A DNA stretch of 64,000 bases. Origin: a virus. Position numbers and translations under genes: made by a program. This document shows positions 33,609 to 43,303 of this stretch, piece after piece. Under the pieces are notes generated by a model that made no database searches, was not told the origin of the DNA, and saw nothing but the letters and a program-made list of their open reading frames with translations. The stretch lies in the IMG/VR virus record IMGVR_UViG_3300050506_000187, positions 1-64,000 of that record; one strand, written 5' to 3'. The first letter of the stretch is position 1; each line of letters starts with the position of its first letter.

Positions 33609-35750
33609 ATGGCATCACGCGATTCATCTACCGTCTCCGCCGACACAAATTCGACTGGCTATCCGACGAACGCCCTCGGTTCGATTATTCAGAGCCCGGA
33701 AATTAACAAATCCGGGACTCCGACGCAAAAATCCATCAAGGATGCCCGCATGGCTGCGGATGTGGTCAAGACAGTCATCATGGCCGGGAGAAATCGGTCG
33801 ATTGTTAATTCCCGAATCCTTGCGAAGTATAACGCGGAGCGGCCATACGATGCGACGAAGCTTGAAGCGGAGGGACTCGGATGGCGTTCGAACTTTACCA
33901 GCAAGCCGCTGCCGTCGATGATTGAAAAAGTTGCCCCGCGCTTTACTGAAGCGGTAAACAACTTGAAATATTTCACGAACGCTCAACTTTCGGACAAGTG
34001 GCAGAACCGCACGGAAAAAACTGAAGTATTCCGGCGAACCATTACTGATACGATTCGGAATCGAAAAGGCTGGACGACCTTGCTCGAAGACATTGCGTTC
34101 AACAACGCAATTTTCGGGTATGACATCGTTGCTTGGCTAGATGAGTTTAGCTGGTTCCCGAAAAATTTTCAACAGGATGAATCGTTCGCCGCCGATGGAA
34201 CCAAGTCCGATCCCCGTTGGGCGCAAATTCTTGTGCTCAAAGAGGTATTCTATCCTCACGAGTTGTTCAAAATGATCGAGGACAAAGAATCGGCCAAAGA
34301 GGCCGGATGGAATATCGAGAACACTCGCGAAGCGATTAACAAAGCTTCGCCGGTTCAAATCAGGGATCGTCTGAATGTCGGTGGAACGCTGGAGACGTGG
34401 TATCAAAATGCATTACGAGAACTTACCATCGGCGCGAGTTACATGGCGGGTGCGTCGGTTATCGTGGTCTACTCTTTACTGGCGCGAGAAGTCACAGGAA
34501 AGGTCTCTCATTATCGCCTTGCCGGTCCTGAGATGTCTGACATTTTTTCTCGGGATGACCGTTTTCCATCCTTTGAAGATTGCGTTTCATTTTTCACATT
34601 CCAGAAAGGAAATGGAACTTTGCACGGAAGCAAAGGAGTCGGTCGAGATATTTATGAGATGGCCGGGATGGTGGACCGCACTCGTAACGAAGTGGTTGAC
34701 CGTCTTATCATGTCGGGCAAAACGATTGTTCAAGGAGACGTAAGAAAAATTCATACGTTCAAAATGCACGTCATCGGCAGCACGGTGATCTTCCCTCGGG
34801 ACTGGGAAGTGCTTGAACGAAAGATCGATGGCAATGTTGAGCCGTTTCTCAAACTCGATGCGTATTTTCAACAGCTAACTGATCAACTCATCGGTGCCGT
34901 TTCTCCGCCGCAGGTCGAGGGTGAAGCTTTTCGTTCGCCTGCGGCATGGAGTTTGATGGCTCAACGTCAGGAAGAAGGCCGTGACGTTAGAATATCTCGT
35001 TTTCTTGCGCAGTTTATCGATCTCGTCGGCACGATGCAGAAACGAATCTGTGACCCGGATACTTCCGAGGATGACGCCAAGGAGGCTCAAAAGGCTCTGT
35101 TGAAAATAATGACTCGTGAAGAGATCGACGAGTTGGCCAAACAGCCGGTTGCAAGCGCAGTCAAGGATTTGACTCCGTTTGAGCGGCAGGCTATCGCGAT
35201 GATTGCTTCGAGCAAAAAAGGAAATCCGCTTTACAATCAGCGTCAGCTTGAGGTTGAGGAATTGAGCGCAGGTCCCGGCGCGGAGTTTGCAGATCGTGTG
35301 TTGCTGCCGGACCAAGACCCTACGGTTCAAGCGGAGCAGACACGGCAGCAGAATTTGGAAATGATTTTGCTTTCTGGTGGTCAGCCGGTTCCTGTTTCGC
35401 CGCGTGATAATCACCTCATTCATCTTGGGGTATTGATGCCTCAAGCGCAGCAAATGGCGCAGCATATCATGGAAGGGAAATTCCATTCGGATGCGATGGA
35501 AGCAATCGGCGCTCACGTCTCCGAACATTTTAATTTCGCCGAACAGCAGGGCGCGCCGAAACAACAGCTTGCGCAAATTAAAGAATTTTTGAACAAACTC
35601 GGACCTGCGTTGGCTCAGCTAAAGCAGGTAGAGTCCCAAGCGGCGCAAGTCGCGTCCGCTTCCTCGCAATTGGAGGGCGGCGGTCCTCCGCCTGCGCCGC
35701 CCGGTCCGGCTCCGCTGGGGCCGCCGGGCTCCGCTCCTCCGGTCCCGTAA
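33609..35750 (+). CDS. portal protein (positional call)
   Basis: 713-aa ORF following the terminase genes. Pro-rich C-terminus. No motif recognised. Confidence 0.6.
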   Translation: MASRDSSTVSADTNSTGYPTNALGSIIQSPEINKSGTPTQKSIKDARMAADVVKTVIMAGRNRSIVNSRILAKYNAERPYDATKLEAEGLGWRSNFTSKPLPSMIEKVAPRFTEAVNNLKYFTNAQLSDKWQNRTEKTEVFRRTITDTIRNRKGWTTLLEDIAFNNAIFGYDIVAWLDEFSWFPKNFQQDESFAADGTKSDPRWAQILVLKEVFYPHELFKMIEDKESAKEAGWNIENTREAINKASPVQIRDRLNVGGTLETWYQNALRELTIGASYMAGASVIVVYSLLAREVTGKVSHYRLAGPEMSDIFSRDDRFPSFEDCVSFFTFQKGNGTLHGSKGVGRDIYEMAGMVDRTRNEVVDRLIMSGKTIVQGDVRKIHTFKMHVIGSTVIFPRDWEVLERKIDGNVEPFLKLDAYFQQLTDQLIGAVSPPQVEGEAFRSPAAWSLMAQRQEEGRDVRISRFLAQFIDLVGTMQKRICDPDTSEDDAKEAQKALLKIMTREEIDELAKQPVASAVKDLTPFERQAIAMIASSKKGNPLYNQRQLEVEELSAGPGAEFADRVLLPDQDPTVQAEQTRQQNLEMILLSGGQPVPVSPRDNHLIHLGVLMPQAQQMAQHIMEGKFHSDAMEAIGAHVSEHFNFAEQQGAPKQQLAQIKEFLNKLGPALAQLKQVESQAAQVASASSQLEGGGPPPAPPGPAPLGPPGSAPPVP

Positions 35751-35762
35751 GATATAACCCCT

Positions 35763-36026
35763 ATGAGACCCCCCACAGAAAAGATAATGTTTTTATACCA
35801 GTATCCTCTGGATAATAATCTCAACAAATGGGGAGACTTTGATCTCCTCGTTTGCACTCGCGAGCGAGAAAAATTTTCTGGACCAGTTTCAGGACCAGAG
35901 TCGGTTCGATATTTTCTAGAATCGTCGATTTCAGACAAGAAAGCATATCTTAACCGAGAAGAGTTTGTTAATTGTTGCGAAAATCTTTTTTTACTGGAGC
36001 TACCTCGATTAAATTATGATAACTAA
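35763..36026 (+). CDS. hypothetical protein
   Basis: 87-aa ORF. Confidence 0.45.
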   Translation: MRPPTEKIMFLYQYPLDNNLNKWGDFDLLVCTREREKFSGPVSGPESVRYFLESSISDKKAYLNREEFVNCCENLFLLELPRLNYDN

Positions 36027-36327
36027 TGACGCCCTTCCGTGGTTTACTGAAGACGAGCAAAATTGGAATGCTTTTTTGCAAACGACAACCGGTCAACGAC
36101 TGCTTCCCAAGCTGGCGCAGACGGCTCCTGTGCTGCTTCGGCGCGGACATGTCAACGCAATCTTGATCCGGTCCGGAGAAGTGCTCGGAGTCCAAACGGT
36201 GTTGCAAGCGATGCTTGACCTGACGCATTCTCCGCCCAAACTCAATGATTCGATTTCCACGCAGTATCCTAATTTGGAAGATGACGCCGCGTGGCCTGAC
36301 GGAGAAAAACTAACCCCCAAGCAATGA
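36016..36327 (+). CDS. hypothetical protein
   Basis: 103-aa ORF. Confidence 0.5.
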   Translation: MITNDALPWFTEDEQNWNAFLQTTTGQRLLPKLAQTAPVLLRRGHVNAILIRSGEVLGVQTVLQAMLDLTHSPPKLNDSISTQYPNLEDDAAWPDGEKLTPKQ

Positions 36328-36330
36328 TTT

Positions 36331-37707
36331 ATGCCTGAGAATAATGCTAACAATCAGGGATTCGCTGATCCCGAGAAAAATAACGCCGACGTTGCCAAAA
36401 AACTTTTGGAGCAAAACGCCGAAACTCTCGATGTCGATGTAGGACCGGCTTCGGACGCACTCGACAAACTGGCGCAAGAAGCGCAAAAGAAGGCGGATGC
36501 CGCCGCTGCTGCGACCCCGCCGGTCGTCGAACCGAAAGAAGACAAGGACGAGTCTCCGGATGTTCAACCGTTGCCGGACAAAGATAAAGACAAAGGTAAG
36601 TCCGGGACTGCGCCTCCGGAGCCGACGGAAGCAGAAAAAGCTACGGCCAAGGAAAAGGCCGATGCCGAAGCGAAACAGCGCGAGGAAGCGGATAAAATTT
36701 TCAAAGACAGTCCGAGTCTTCCGGCGAATGCCAGTCCTAAATCTTCGGAGGCATTCAACGCAATCAAGATCAAAGCCGCGCAGGTAATCAGCGCTCGCGA
36801 GGCCGAATTGGAAAAGCTTCGCAAAGAAAAATCGGAGCTAGAACAGAAACTCAAAAATCCGATTCCGGAAGATGTTGCAAAGGAATTGGAGGATCATCGG
36901 AATTGGAGAGCCAAACTCGACATCGACGCCGATCCCAAGTTCAAAGAATTCGACAAATCTATTGCGTCGACGCAGGAGTTTATTTACGCGCAGCTTCGCA
37001 AGAGCCCGAAGATTACGAATGAGGTAATCGAAAAAATCAAGGCCCACGGCGGTCCGGAGAATGTCAAACTCGACGCTGTTTTCGAAGCGATTGGAGACCC
37101 GGTCACTCAGCGCCTCGTGGAATCCAAAATCGCGGATATTGAGATGGCCAAGTATAATAAAGAAATGGCCATTCGCGCCGCGAAAGAAAATGTTGGCCAG
37201 TATCGCGAAGCGCGGAGCAAGGCGATGATCGAGAGCCAGTCGGCTCATACGAACGCGACGAAAGAAAGCTTGGGGCGTTATCTCGGAGCGCTCGAATGGG
37301 CCAAAGAAAAAACTGCCGATGAGAAAGCCGACGAGAACACCAAGAAATCGGTTGCGGAGTATAATAAATTCCTCGACGAAACTCGGGCGCAAATCGAGAA
37401 CGCCGTCAAAGATGACTCTGCGGAAATGAGGGCTATCCTCATTACCGGCATGGCTCAACTTTTCTATGAACGTCGAGAAACTGCCGGTCTCAAGGCCGAA
37501 CTGGAAGCGACGAAGAAAAATCTCGCGGACGTCACGGCGAAATGGGAAAAGATCAAGCAATCGTCCGGACGGCTTAGCACCACGGCCCCGGCCACTGCGA
37601 CGACTGTGGCCAAGCCGACGCATGACGTTACCGTCCCTGCGGGCGATGCGCTCGATGCCATTGCGAAACAGGTCATGGAGAAACGCGCCGCCGAAGCCAA
37701 TAAATGA
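36331..37707 (+). CDS. scaffolding protein (positional/compositional call)
   Basis: 458 aa, K/E/A-rich and predicted helical. Lies between the portal and capsid genes. Confidence 0.6.
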   Translation: MPENNANNQGFADPEKNNADVAKKLLEQNAETLDVDVGPASDALDKLAQEAQKKADAAAAATPPVVEPKEDKDESPDVQPLPDKDKDKGKSGTAPPEPTEAEKATAKEKADAEAKQREEADKIFKDSPSLPANASPKSSEAFNAIKIKAAQVISAREAELEKLRKEKSELEQKLKNPIPEDVAKELEDHRNWRAKLDIDADPKFKEFDKSIASTQEFIYAQLRKSPKITNEVIEKIKAHGGPENVKLDAVFEAIGDPVTQRLVESKIADIEMAKYNKEMAIRAAKENVGQYREARSKAMIESQSAHTNATKESLGRYLGALEWAKEKTADEKADENTKKSVAEYNKFLDETRAQIENAVKDDSAEMRAILITGMAQLFYERRETAGLKAELEATKKNLADVTAKWEKIKQSSGRLSTTAPATATTVAKPTHDVTVPAGDALDAIAKQVMEKRAAEANK

Positions 37708-38621
37708 TCGAGCTATTTTCATCCGACAAAGCCGAAGGACTGGAACCACTTCCGGTCCTTCCGGCTACTACGGTGGTGACTTACGGGAAAAAAATTCTCG
37801 TTTGTATGCCGTGGCAAAAACACGTCTCGCCCATTACCTCGATGTGTGTGACGAATCTTGTTGATAGAAAACGGACCGCTACTATGATGAATTTCGGGGA
37901 TGCCTTTGTCGCGCATTCTCGAAATCATTGTGCCGATTTTTTTCTCAAGGGAGATTTTGAATGGATGCTAACCGTTGACGATGACATGGTTATTCCGTTC
38001 GGAAATGCGATGTGGTATAATGCGTATACCGGGTTCAATTTTTCGGAAAAGTTCGCCGGATGGAACGCGCTGGATCGATTGATGTCGCATAAAAAATCAC
38101 TTGTTGGTGCGCTTTATTTTGGTCGACATCAGTATGGTCCGCCGGTGTATAATGAGGGAACCGCAAATCCTCAGGAGGCTACGTATGCCCGAGGAGGTCC
38201 CTACGATTTAATTAGGCCGACGAAGTGGGTCGGGACCGGATGCATGTTGATACACCGCTCCGTATTTGAGGACATCGAGAAAAAATTTCCGACGATTGCC
38301 CGGGGACCCGATAAGTCGGGGGGTCAATGGTTTACATCGACGGAAGTAACCTTCATGGAGGACGTGATTCGGGCGCGCGCCGCGCTGGATGGTGAATTAA
38401 ACGGAGAACGGGCGTATAAGGCTTTGACTTTGTTAGATGCCGCCATCGCAAAGGCGAGGGTGGATAACTGCCTCGGCTGCGGCGAAGACGTTTCTTTCTG
38501 TCGTCGAGCGATGGCCGCAGGGCATCAGCCGTATGTGGATATGGGTTTGATATGCGGTCATATTGGGCACAAAGTTTACGGTCCGGACAGCACCAAAAAC
38601 AAACCTGTGCTTTCGCGGTGA
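37704..38621 (+). CDS. GT-A fold glycosyltransferase
   Basis: ATGA overlap with the scaffold gene. TVDDDMV (DxD), GTGCMLIHRSVFEDI, GEDVSFCRRA. Confidence 0.7.
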   Translation: MIELFSSDKAEGLEPLPVLPATTVVTYGKKILVCMPWQKHVSPITSMCVTNLVDRKRTATMMNFGDAFVAHSRNHCADFFLKGDFEWMLTVDDDMVIPFGNAMWYNAYTGFNFSEKFAGWNALDRLMSHKKSLVGALYFGRHQYGPPVYNEGTANPQEATYARGGPYDLIRPTKWVGTGCMLIHRSVFEDIEKKFPTIARGPDKSGGQWFTSTEVTFMEDVIRARAALDGELNGERAYKALTLLDAAIAKARVDNCLGCGEDVSFCRRAMAAGHQPYVDMGLICGHIGHKVYGPDSTKNKPVLSR

Positions 38622-39361
38622 AAAATCCGGTCCCCACAGATCGAATGCTGATTTGTCTCCTGTTCTGGGAGGGAGACAAAAAACAATGTTTCGCGCTTGC
38701 AAAACTCATCGCCGATCTCGAAGATTCACACTCTTCGAAGGCCGATTTGCTTTTTGTTTCTCGATTTGATTGCAAGCATGATATGGATGCAATTCGGGCT
38801 ATCTCAAGGAAATTTAATGTTTACACGCACACTTCAAAAAGACGCGGGACGGGCTGGCCGATGGGATGCAATTCTCTTTTCTTCGGAACGTTGGAATGGG
38901 TTTATTACAAGATGGCCGGTGCGCAGATTCCGCATTATCGGAGCGTGCTGATTCTTGGCGCGGATACCGTCCCGCTGAATAAAAATTGGATCGACATTAT
39001 GCGCAATGCGTTCGAAGAGAACGGACGCCCTTGTATTTCCGGAGCGCTGATTAAGGACCCGGTCGGAGGTCACGATCATATTAATGGGGATTGCGCGTTG
39101 CTTACCGGTGATTTGAATTTTTTGAAATGGCTGACATTGGAAATCGGAGACATTTCCGTTCAAGCGGGGTGGGACTGGGTTTTGTCGAAAGAATTCGAGC
39201 GTCGGGGATGGTGCAATTTTCCGTTCGTAACTAGTTACTGGAATCGACCGGTTCCATTCACTCAGGAAGATTGGGAACGCGAGCAAGCCTCCGGAACGGT
39301 AATGTTTCACGGTCAAAAAGGATTTTCTCTTCTTAACATTGCCCGTAAAAATCTCCTATGA
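38618..39361 (+). CDS. hypothetical protein, possible glycosyltransferase
   Basis: GTGA overlap start (alternative ATG at 38645). GTGWPMGCN and HINGDCALL motifs. Function inferred from context only. Confidence 0.5.
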   Translation: MKNPVPTDRMLICLLFWEGDKKQCFALAKLIADLEDSHSSKADLLFVSRFDCKHDMDAIRAISRKFNVYTHTSKRRGTGWPMGCNSLFFGTLEWVYYKMAGAQIPHYRSVLILGADTVPLNKNWIDIMRNAFEENGRPCISGALIKDPVGGHDHINGDCALLTGDLNFLKWLTLEIGDISVQAGWDWVLSKEFERRGWCNFPFVTSYWNRPVPFTQEDWEREQASGTVMFHGQKGFSLLNIARKNLL

Positions 39362-40311
39362 ATGAATTAGCTGTAGTCTGTGGTGCTGGCGGATACGTCG
39401 GCGGTCGTCTTGTTCAATTTCTCAAGAAAAAAGGATTTCGAGTCCGGGCGGTCTATTCCCCGAGAGTGGTTGCAGTTCACGACTGTGTAGATGAACGAAT
39501 CAAGGCCGATTTAACAATCCCGTATCAGGCCGAAAAATCCGTTGAAGGAGGAACGTGGATTTTTAATCTCGCGGCCAATGTCGGCGGTATCGGTTACATC
39601 AGCAAAAATCGGGCACAATGTATGTCAATTGCCTCGATAAATCTTAACTTGCTTCAGGCGTGTGCAAAACATCCAGTCGCCGGATATTTTTTTGCTTCGT
39701 CTTCGTGTGTATATCCAAGTCATTACGAAGGGCAAGTGTGCAAAGAACATAACGGGTCTTTTGCGTGTTCGACCGCCGGATACGGGCAGGAGAAATATTT
39801 TAGCGAGCAGGCGTGCAAATGGTTTGAAACCGAACACAAGGTCCCGGTTAAAATCGCTCGATACCACACCATTTATGGGCCGGGTGATGATCGAGGTGCA
39901 GACCGGGATCATTTTCCCTCGGCCATGGCATCAAAAGTTGCGCGCGCAAAGGTCTCTGGATCGAATGAGATAACCATTTGGGGCGACGGAACGCAAACGA
40001 GAAGCCTTATTCACGTTGACGATTGCGTCGAAGGAACCTTTAGGCTTATGTTCTCCAATATCGAAGGGCCGATAAATCTGGCACACCCCGAAGTCGTATC
40101 GGTGAATTCTTTAGTCGACGAATTGGAGACAATCTCTGGAACAAAACCGGTTCGGTTTTATTCTCCGGAAGCGACTGTCGGAGCCAAGAATAAAGTCGCC
40201 TGCTTGAATCGATTGCGGACTCGACTCGGCTGGGTTCCCGAAATCAGCATGGCGGAAGGATTGCCCAGTCTATATCGGTATTTTTACGACCGGTATCTTT
40301 TCGCAAAGTGA
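39358..40311 (+). CDS. extended-SDR sugar-nucleotide epimerase/reductase (GDP-mannose 3,5-epimerase / GDP-L-fucose synthase-like)
   Basis: GAGGYVGG Rossmann motif, YGQEK (YxxxK), FNLAANVGGIGYI, FFASSSCVYP, RYHTIYGP, IWGDGTQTRSLIHVDDCVEG. Confidence 0.78.
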   Translation: MNELAVVCGAGGYVGGRLVQFLKKKGFRVRAVYSPRVVAVHDCVDERIKADLTIPYQAEKSVEGGTWIFNLAANVGGIGYISKNRAQCMSIASINLNLLQACAKHPVAGYFFASSSCVYPSHYEGQVCKEHNGSFACSTAGYGQEKYFSEQACKWFETEHKVPVKIARYHTIYGPGDDRGADRDHFPSAMASKVARAKVSGSNEITIWGDGTQTRSLIHVDDCVEGTFRLMFSNIEGPINLAHPEVVSVNSLVDELETISGTKPVRFYSPEATVGAKNKVACLNRLRTRLGWVPEISMAEGLPSLYRYFYDRYLFAK

Positions 40312-41006
40312 ACGAAGATACGCTCATCGCCGTTTGTGCATACGCCGGGGATGCGCATCAAGTAATTAATGCTCTCCCGCTGTATTTGCACCATGAATGC
40401 CCGGTTGTCGTGTTTTCCCCGACGAATTCTCCCGCTGATGTCCGATACCCGGGAGTTGAGCGTGAATTTATCGGAGCCGCCGCGTATATCGGAGAGTTAT
40501 CGTTGATGCGTCAGATTTGGAATTTGCAAGCACTTTTGCGGCATCCACAAAACTATTTTTTACTTCACGATTCCGATTCATTTTGTTTGAGCCCGGCGAT
40601 TCCGTGGGAGTTGTATACGTTGTCGGAAAAAACTATTTGGTCCAATGAAATTACCGAACCTCGCCCGCATGCGAGCCCGTATCCAAAACTGGCTTTCCAG
40701 CCTCCTTATTTTCTCAGTCGTCGGGTCATCGAGCAAATGTTATCCGTGGCGGATAATTTCACAAATCATCCGATTACTCCTTACATAGATTGGGCGATGA
40801 ATTGTTGGTCTGCGGAGGCAGGGTTGAGCCACCGGTCATTTTCTGCGCTGGAACACACTCCGTATACAGAAAATCCGTGCGTCTCGGATGACCCATGGGA
40901 AACATTGCGGTATCGAATTCGATATATGGGCGCGACGATGATGCATCCAATCAAAACACCGGAGCAGATAAAACTTTGCACTGAAGCCTATGCTAAAAAA
41001 TCCTGA
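40308..41006 (+). CDS. DxD-motif protein, glycosyltransferase candidate (paralog a)
   Basis: GTGA overlap. AYAGDAHQV...LLHDSDSFCLSP...IWSNE...LAFQPPYFLSR. Paralogous to 40990..41730. Confidence 0.55.
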   Translation: MNEDTLIAVCAYAGDAHQVINALPLYLHHECPVVVFSPTNSPADVRYPGVEREFIGAAAYIGELSLMRQIWNLQALLRHPQNYFLLHDSDSFCLSPAIPWELYTLSEKTIWSNEITEPRPHASPYPKLAFQPPYFLSRRVIEQMLSVADNFTNHPITPYIDWAMNCWSAEAGLSHRSFSALEHTPYTENPCVSDDPWETLRYRIRYMGATMMHPIKTPEQIKLCTEAYAKKS

Positions 41007-41730
41007 CACTCTCGTTTCGGTCCATGCTTACGCCGGTGACTTACATCAAGTCGAGAACAACATGTCATTATACGCGCACCATGGTTGTCAGGTTTGCGTG
41101 CTGTCGCCGACCGATGCGCCAATTGAACGGGTTGAACATCCCGGAGTTGTGTGCCATCAATTAGGTCTCAAGGGGTGGATCGGTCCCCAAACGCTCGAAC
41201 GTCAGCGACTTCATCTCGAATTTTTATTGCGGTTCCCGCAAAAGTTTTTTCTTTGCAACGACGCCGATTCGTTTTGTCTCAGTGCAAAACTTCCAAACTA
41301 TCTGTATGCAAATCCGGATGTGATTTGGTCGAACGAAGTCGCCGATTTGAATCCTGCGCCATCGCTGCTTCCGAAATTGGCGTTGCAACCTCCGTATTTT
41401 CTTTCTCGAAAAACTATCGAAGGAATGCTTCGGACATGGGATCATCTGCCAACATCATATTACGCGGGCGCAGACCCGGCCAATGGATGCCCGGTCCCGA
41501 CATCGTGTATCGATCATGTCATGTTGCAGGCCGCAGAGGGTAGCGGGTATCCGCACCACAGTTTTCGGGACGGTGCAAGTTTTGAGACGGAAAGCGCCGT
41601 AGGTCTGAGCACCATGGTTGATCTCGTTCAAAACCATGGCAGGATTTTTATTCACTCCGTCAAAACCCGACCGGTTATGGAGCGTCTCGTCTCTGCGCGG
41701 GCGCAATGGGCGCGCGAAAATCGAGGTTGA
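40990..41730 (+). CDS. DxD-motif protein, glycosyltransferase candidate (paralog b)
   Basis: AYAGDLHQV...LCNDADSFCLSA...IWSNE...LALQPPYFLSR. Confidence 0.55.
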   Translation: MLKNPDTLVSVHAYAGDLHQVENNMSLYAHHGCQVCVLSPTDAPIERVEHPGVVCHQLGLKGWIGPQTLERQRLHLEFLLRFPQKFFLCNDADSFCLSAKLPNYLYANPDVIWSNEVADLNPAPSLLPKLALQPPYFLSRKTIEGMLRTWDHLPTSYYAGADPANGCPVPTSCIDHVMLQAAEGSGYPHHSFRDGASFETESAVGLSTMVDLVQNHGRIFIHSVKTRPVMERLVSARAQWARENRG

Positions 41731-41908
41731 TGATTTCGGTCGGACGAGTGACCACTTTATGAGCCCTACGCCCGGCTGGCTCCCCGGGAAGTGCCTAAGC
41801 GCTGTTTGGCCACAGCGAGAGAAAATCAAAGTCTTTGAAGCGGACAGGTTGCTTCACCGAATTTGAGACCCGGACAACGGTCTCTCGTTAGTTAAACGCC
41901 CAAACATT

Positions 41909-43207
41909 ATGGCTTTTTTCTGTGATGATCCCAGTGCGATTTCCGACATCGCCAGTAAGGATACAAATCGTATCGTCGGCACCATCGCGAAGGCTCTCGC
42001 GGCTAATTCCGTATACATGAACGTCATTGGCGGCGGGGTTTTCCCTTCCGGCGTGTCTGATGCTATCCGGTCGGTTGTCCAAATGCAGGCGGCTCCCGGC
42101 GATTCGCTTGCCATTCCGACCTTTGTTTGTGATACCGAAATCTGCGGTCAGACCGGCATTCAGGACTTGACGGATACCGTCGAGTTTACCCTCCGGCTGG
42201 AAAGCTTCCGTGGTCGGGGTCCCAATATTTGCGTGAAGAAAGGTTACGCGGCTTTCAAGGGGTCCTACGTCATGGCGGAGGATTCGCTCAAGAAACTCGT
42301 GACCCAGTATATTAACTCCGACATTCGCGCTCAGTTGTATCTGCGCTCGGCGTCGAAGTTTACTGCGAACGCGAATTACGATTTCGATTCGCTGTTCACC
42401 GGTGGTCTCGAAACCGATCTCGGCGTGAAGTTCGCTCCGCTGTTGCCGACCGGTCCGATGACCTTCAAGGCGCTGCATTACATCGCCCGTTACCTCAAAG
42501 AAGTTCTGTTCGGCGAATGGTATTCGCAGGATAAGGGCATGCCTCATTTTCGCTTCATCGGCGGAGCCGATCAGGTCGAATATTTTCGTTCCGAAGTCGG
42601 GGTTCAAAACATCATGATTGCGTTGACGACCGGCGGATACAAACTTGGTGAGCAATCACTGACTGCGTATTCGTTCGAACAGTCTCCGGCCTACCGTGGT
42701 ATCGCTTTTGGTGTCGATCAACGGCCTTTGCGTGCGACAGGCTTCAAGGCCGACGGCACCCTTAATCTCGTCGACCCCGTCACCATCGTTAGCAACCCGG
42801 CGCGCAACACCGCGTTTGCCAAACCTAATCCGGCTTGGTTGAATGCCGATTACGAAGTCGGCGTGCTTATCGCGGACGGCAGCTTTGAACGCCTCGTGCC
42901 GGAAAAGTATGTCGGCGAAGGTTCGTTCAAATTCGCGCCTCAGCTTCACATGGGAGAGTTGGAATGGCATTACATTCTCGACAATGAATGTAATCAGTGG
43001 GGAGATTTCGGCTGGCATAAGTATCAGATTACTCGTGCTTACCGGCCTCTGCGTCCTCAGCACATTATTCCGATTCTGTATAAGCGCTGCAAAGCTGACC
43101 TCGGCCTCATCGCTTGTGCGGATTCTAGCTCGTCCAGCTTCTCCGGCTCGGATAGCTTCACGAACATCGGGGTTTGCGGCGACGATGAGCATCCCGTGAT
43201 TCACTAA
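41909..43207 (+). CDS. major capsid protein (positional call) with Ser-rich C-terminal tail
   Basis: 432-aa ORF after the scaffold gene, followed by a strong terminator. C-terminus ...ADSSSSSFSGSDSFTNIGVCGDDEHPVIH. Confidence 0.65.
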   Translation: MAFFCDDPSAISDIASKDTNRIVGTIAKALAANSVYMNVIGGGVFPSGVSDAIRSVVQMQAAPGDSLAIPTFVCDTEICGQTGIQDLTDTVEFTLRLESFRGRGPNICVKKGYAAFKGSYVMAEDSLKKLVTQYINSDIRAQLYLRSASKFTANANYDFDSLFTGGLETDLGVKFAPLLPTGPMTFKALHYIARYLKEVLFGEWYSQDKGMPHFRFIGGADQVEYFRSEVGVQNIMIALTTGGYKLGEQSLTAYSFEQSPAYRGIAFGVDQRPLRATGFKADGTLNLVDPVTIVSNPARNTAFAKPNPAWLNADYEVGVLIADGSFERLVPEKYVGEGSFKFAPQLHMGELEWHYILDNECNQWGDFGWHKYQITRAYRPLRPQHIIPILYKRCKADLGLIACADSSSSSFSGSDSFTNIGVCGDDEHPVIH

Positions 43208-43247
43208 CCGTCCAAACTCTTAACATAGGGGGAGAGTTTGACACAAA

Positions 43248-43279
43248 GGGCGGGTTGGGAAACCAGCCCGCCCTTTTTT
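43248..43279 (+). terminator. rho-independent terminator
   Basis: GGGCGGGTTGG-gaaa-CCAGCCCGCCC followed by TTTTTT. Confidence 0.75.
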
Positions 43280-43303
43280 GTTACAAAAATAAATTTTTGA
43301 GTT

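Noticed and set aside
36838-37749. 303-aa minus-strand ORF
   Set aside because: It is entirely antisense to the K/E/A-rich scaffold gene. Its Arg/Phe/Leu-rich translation is the typical mirror image of a low-complexity sense gene.
41888-42655. 255-aa minus-strand ORF
   Set aside because: Antisense to the major capsid gene, with no start context. The plus-strand frame is the one flanked by a terminator and by module logic.
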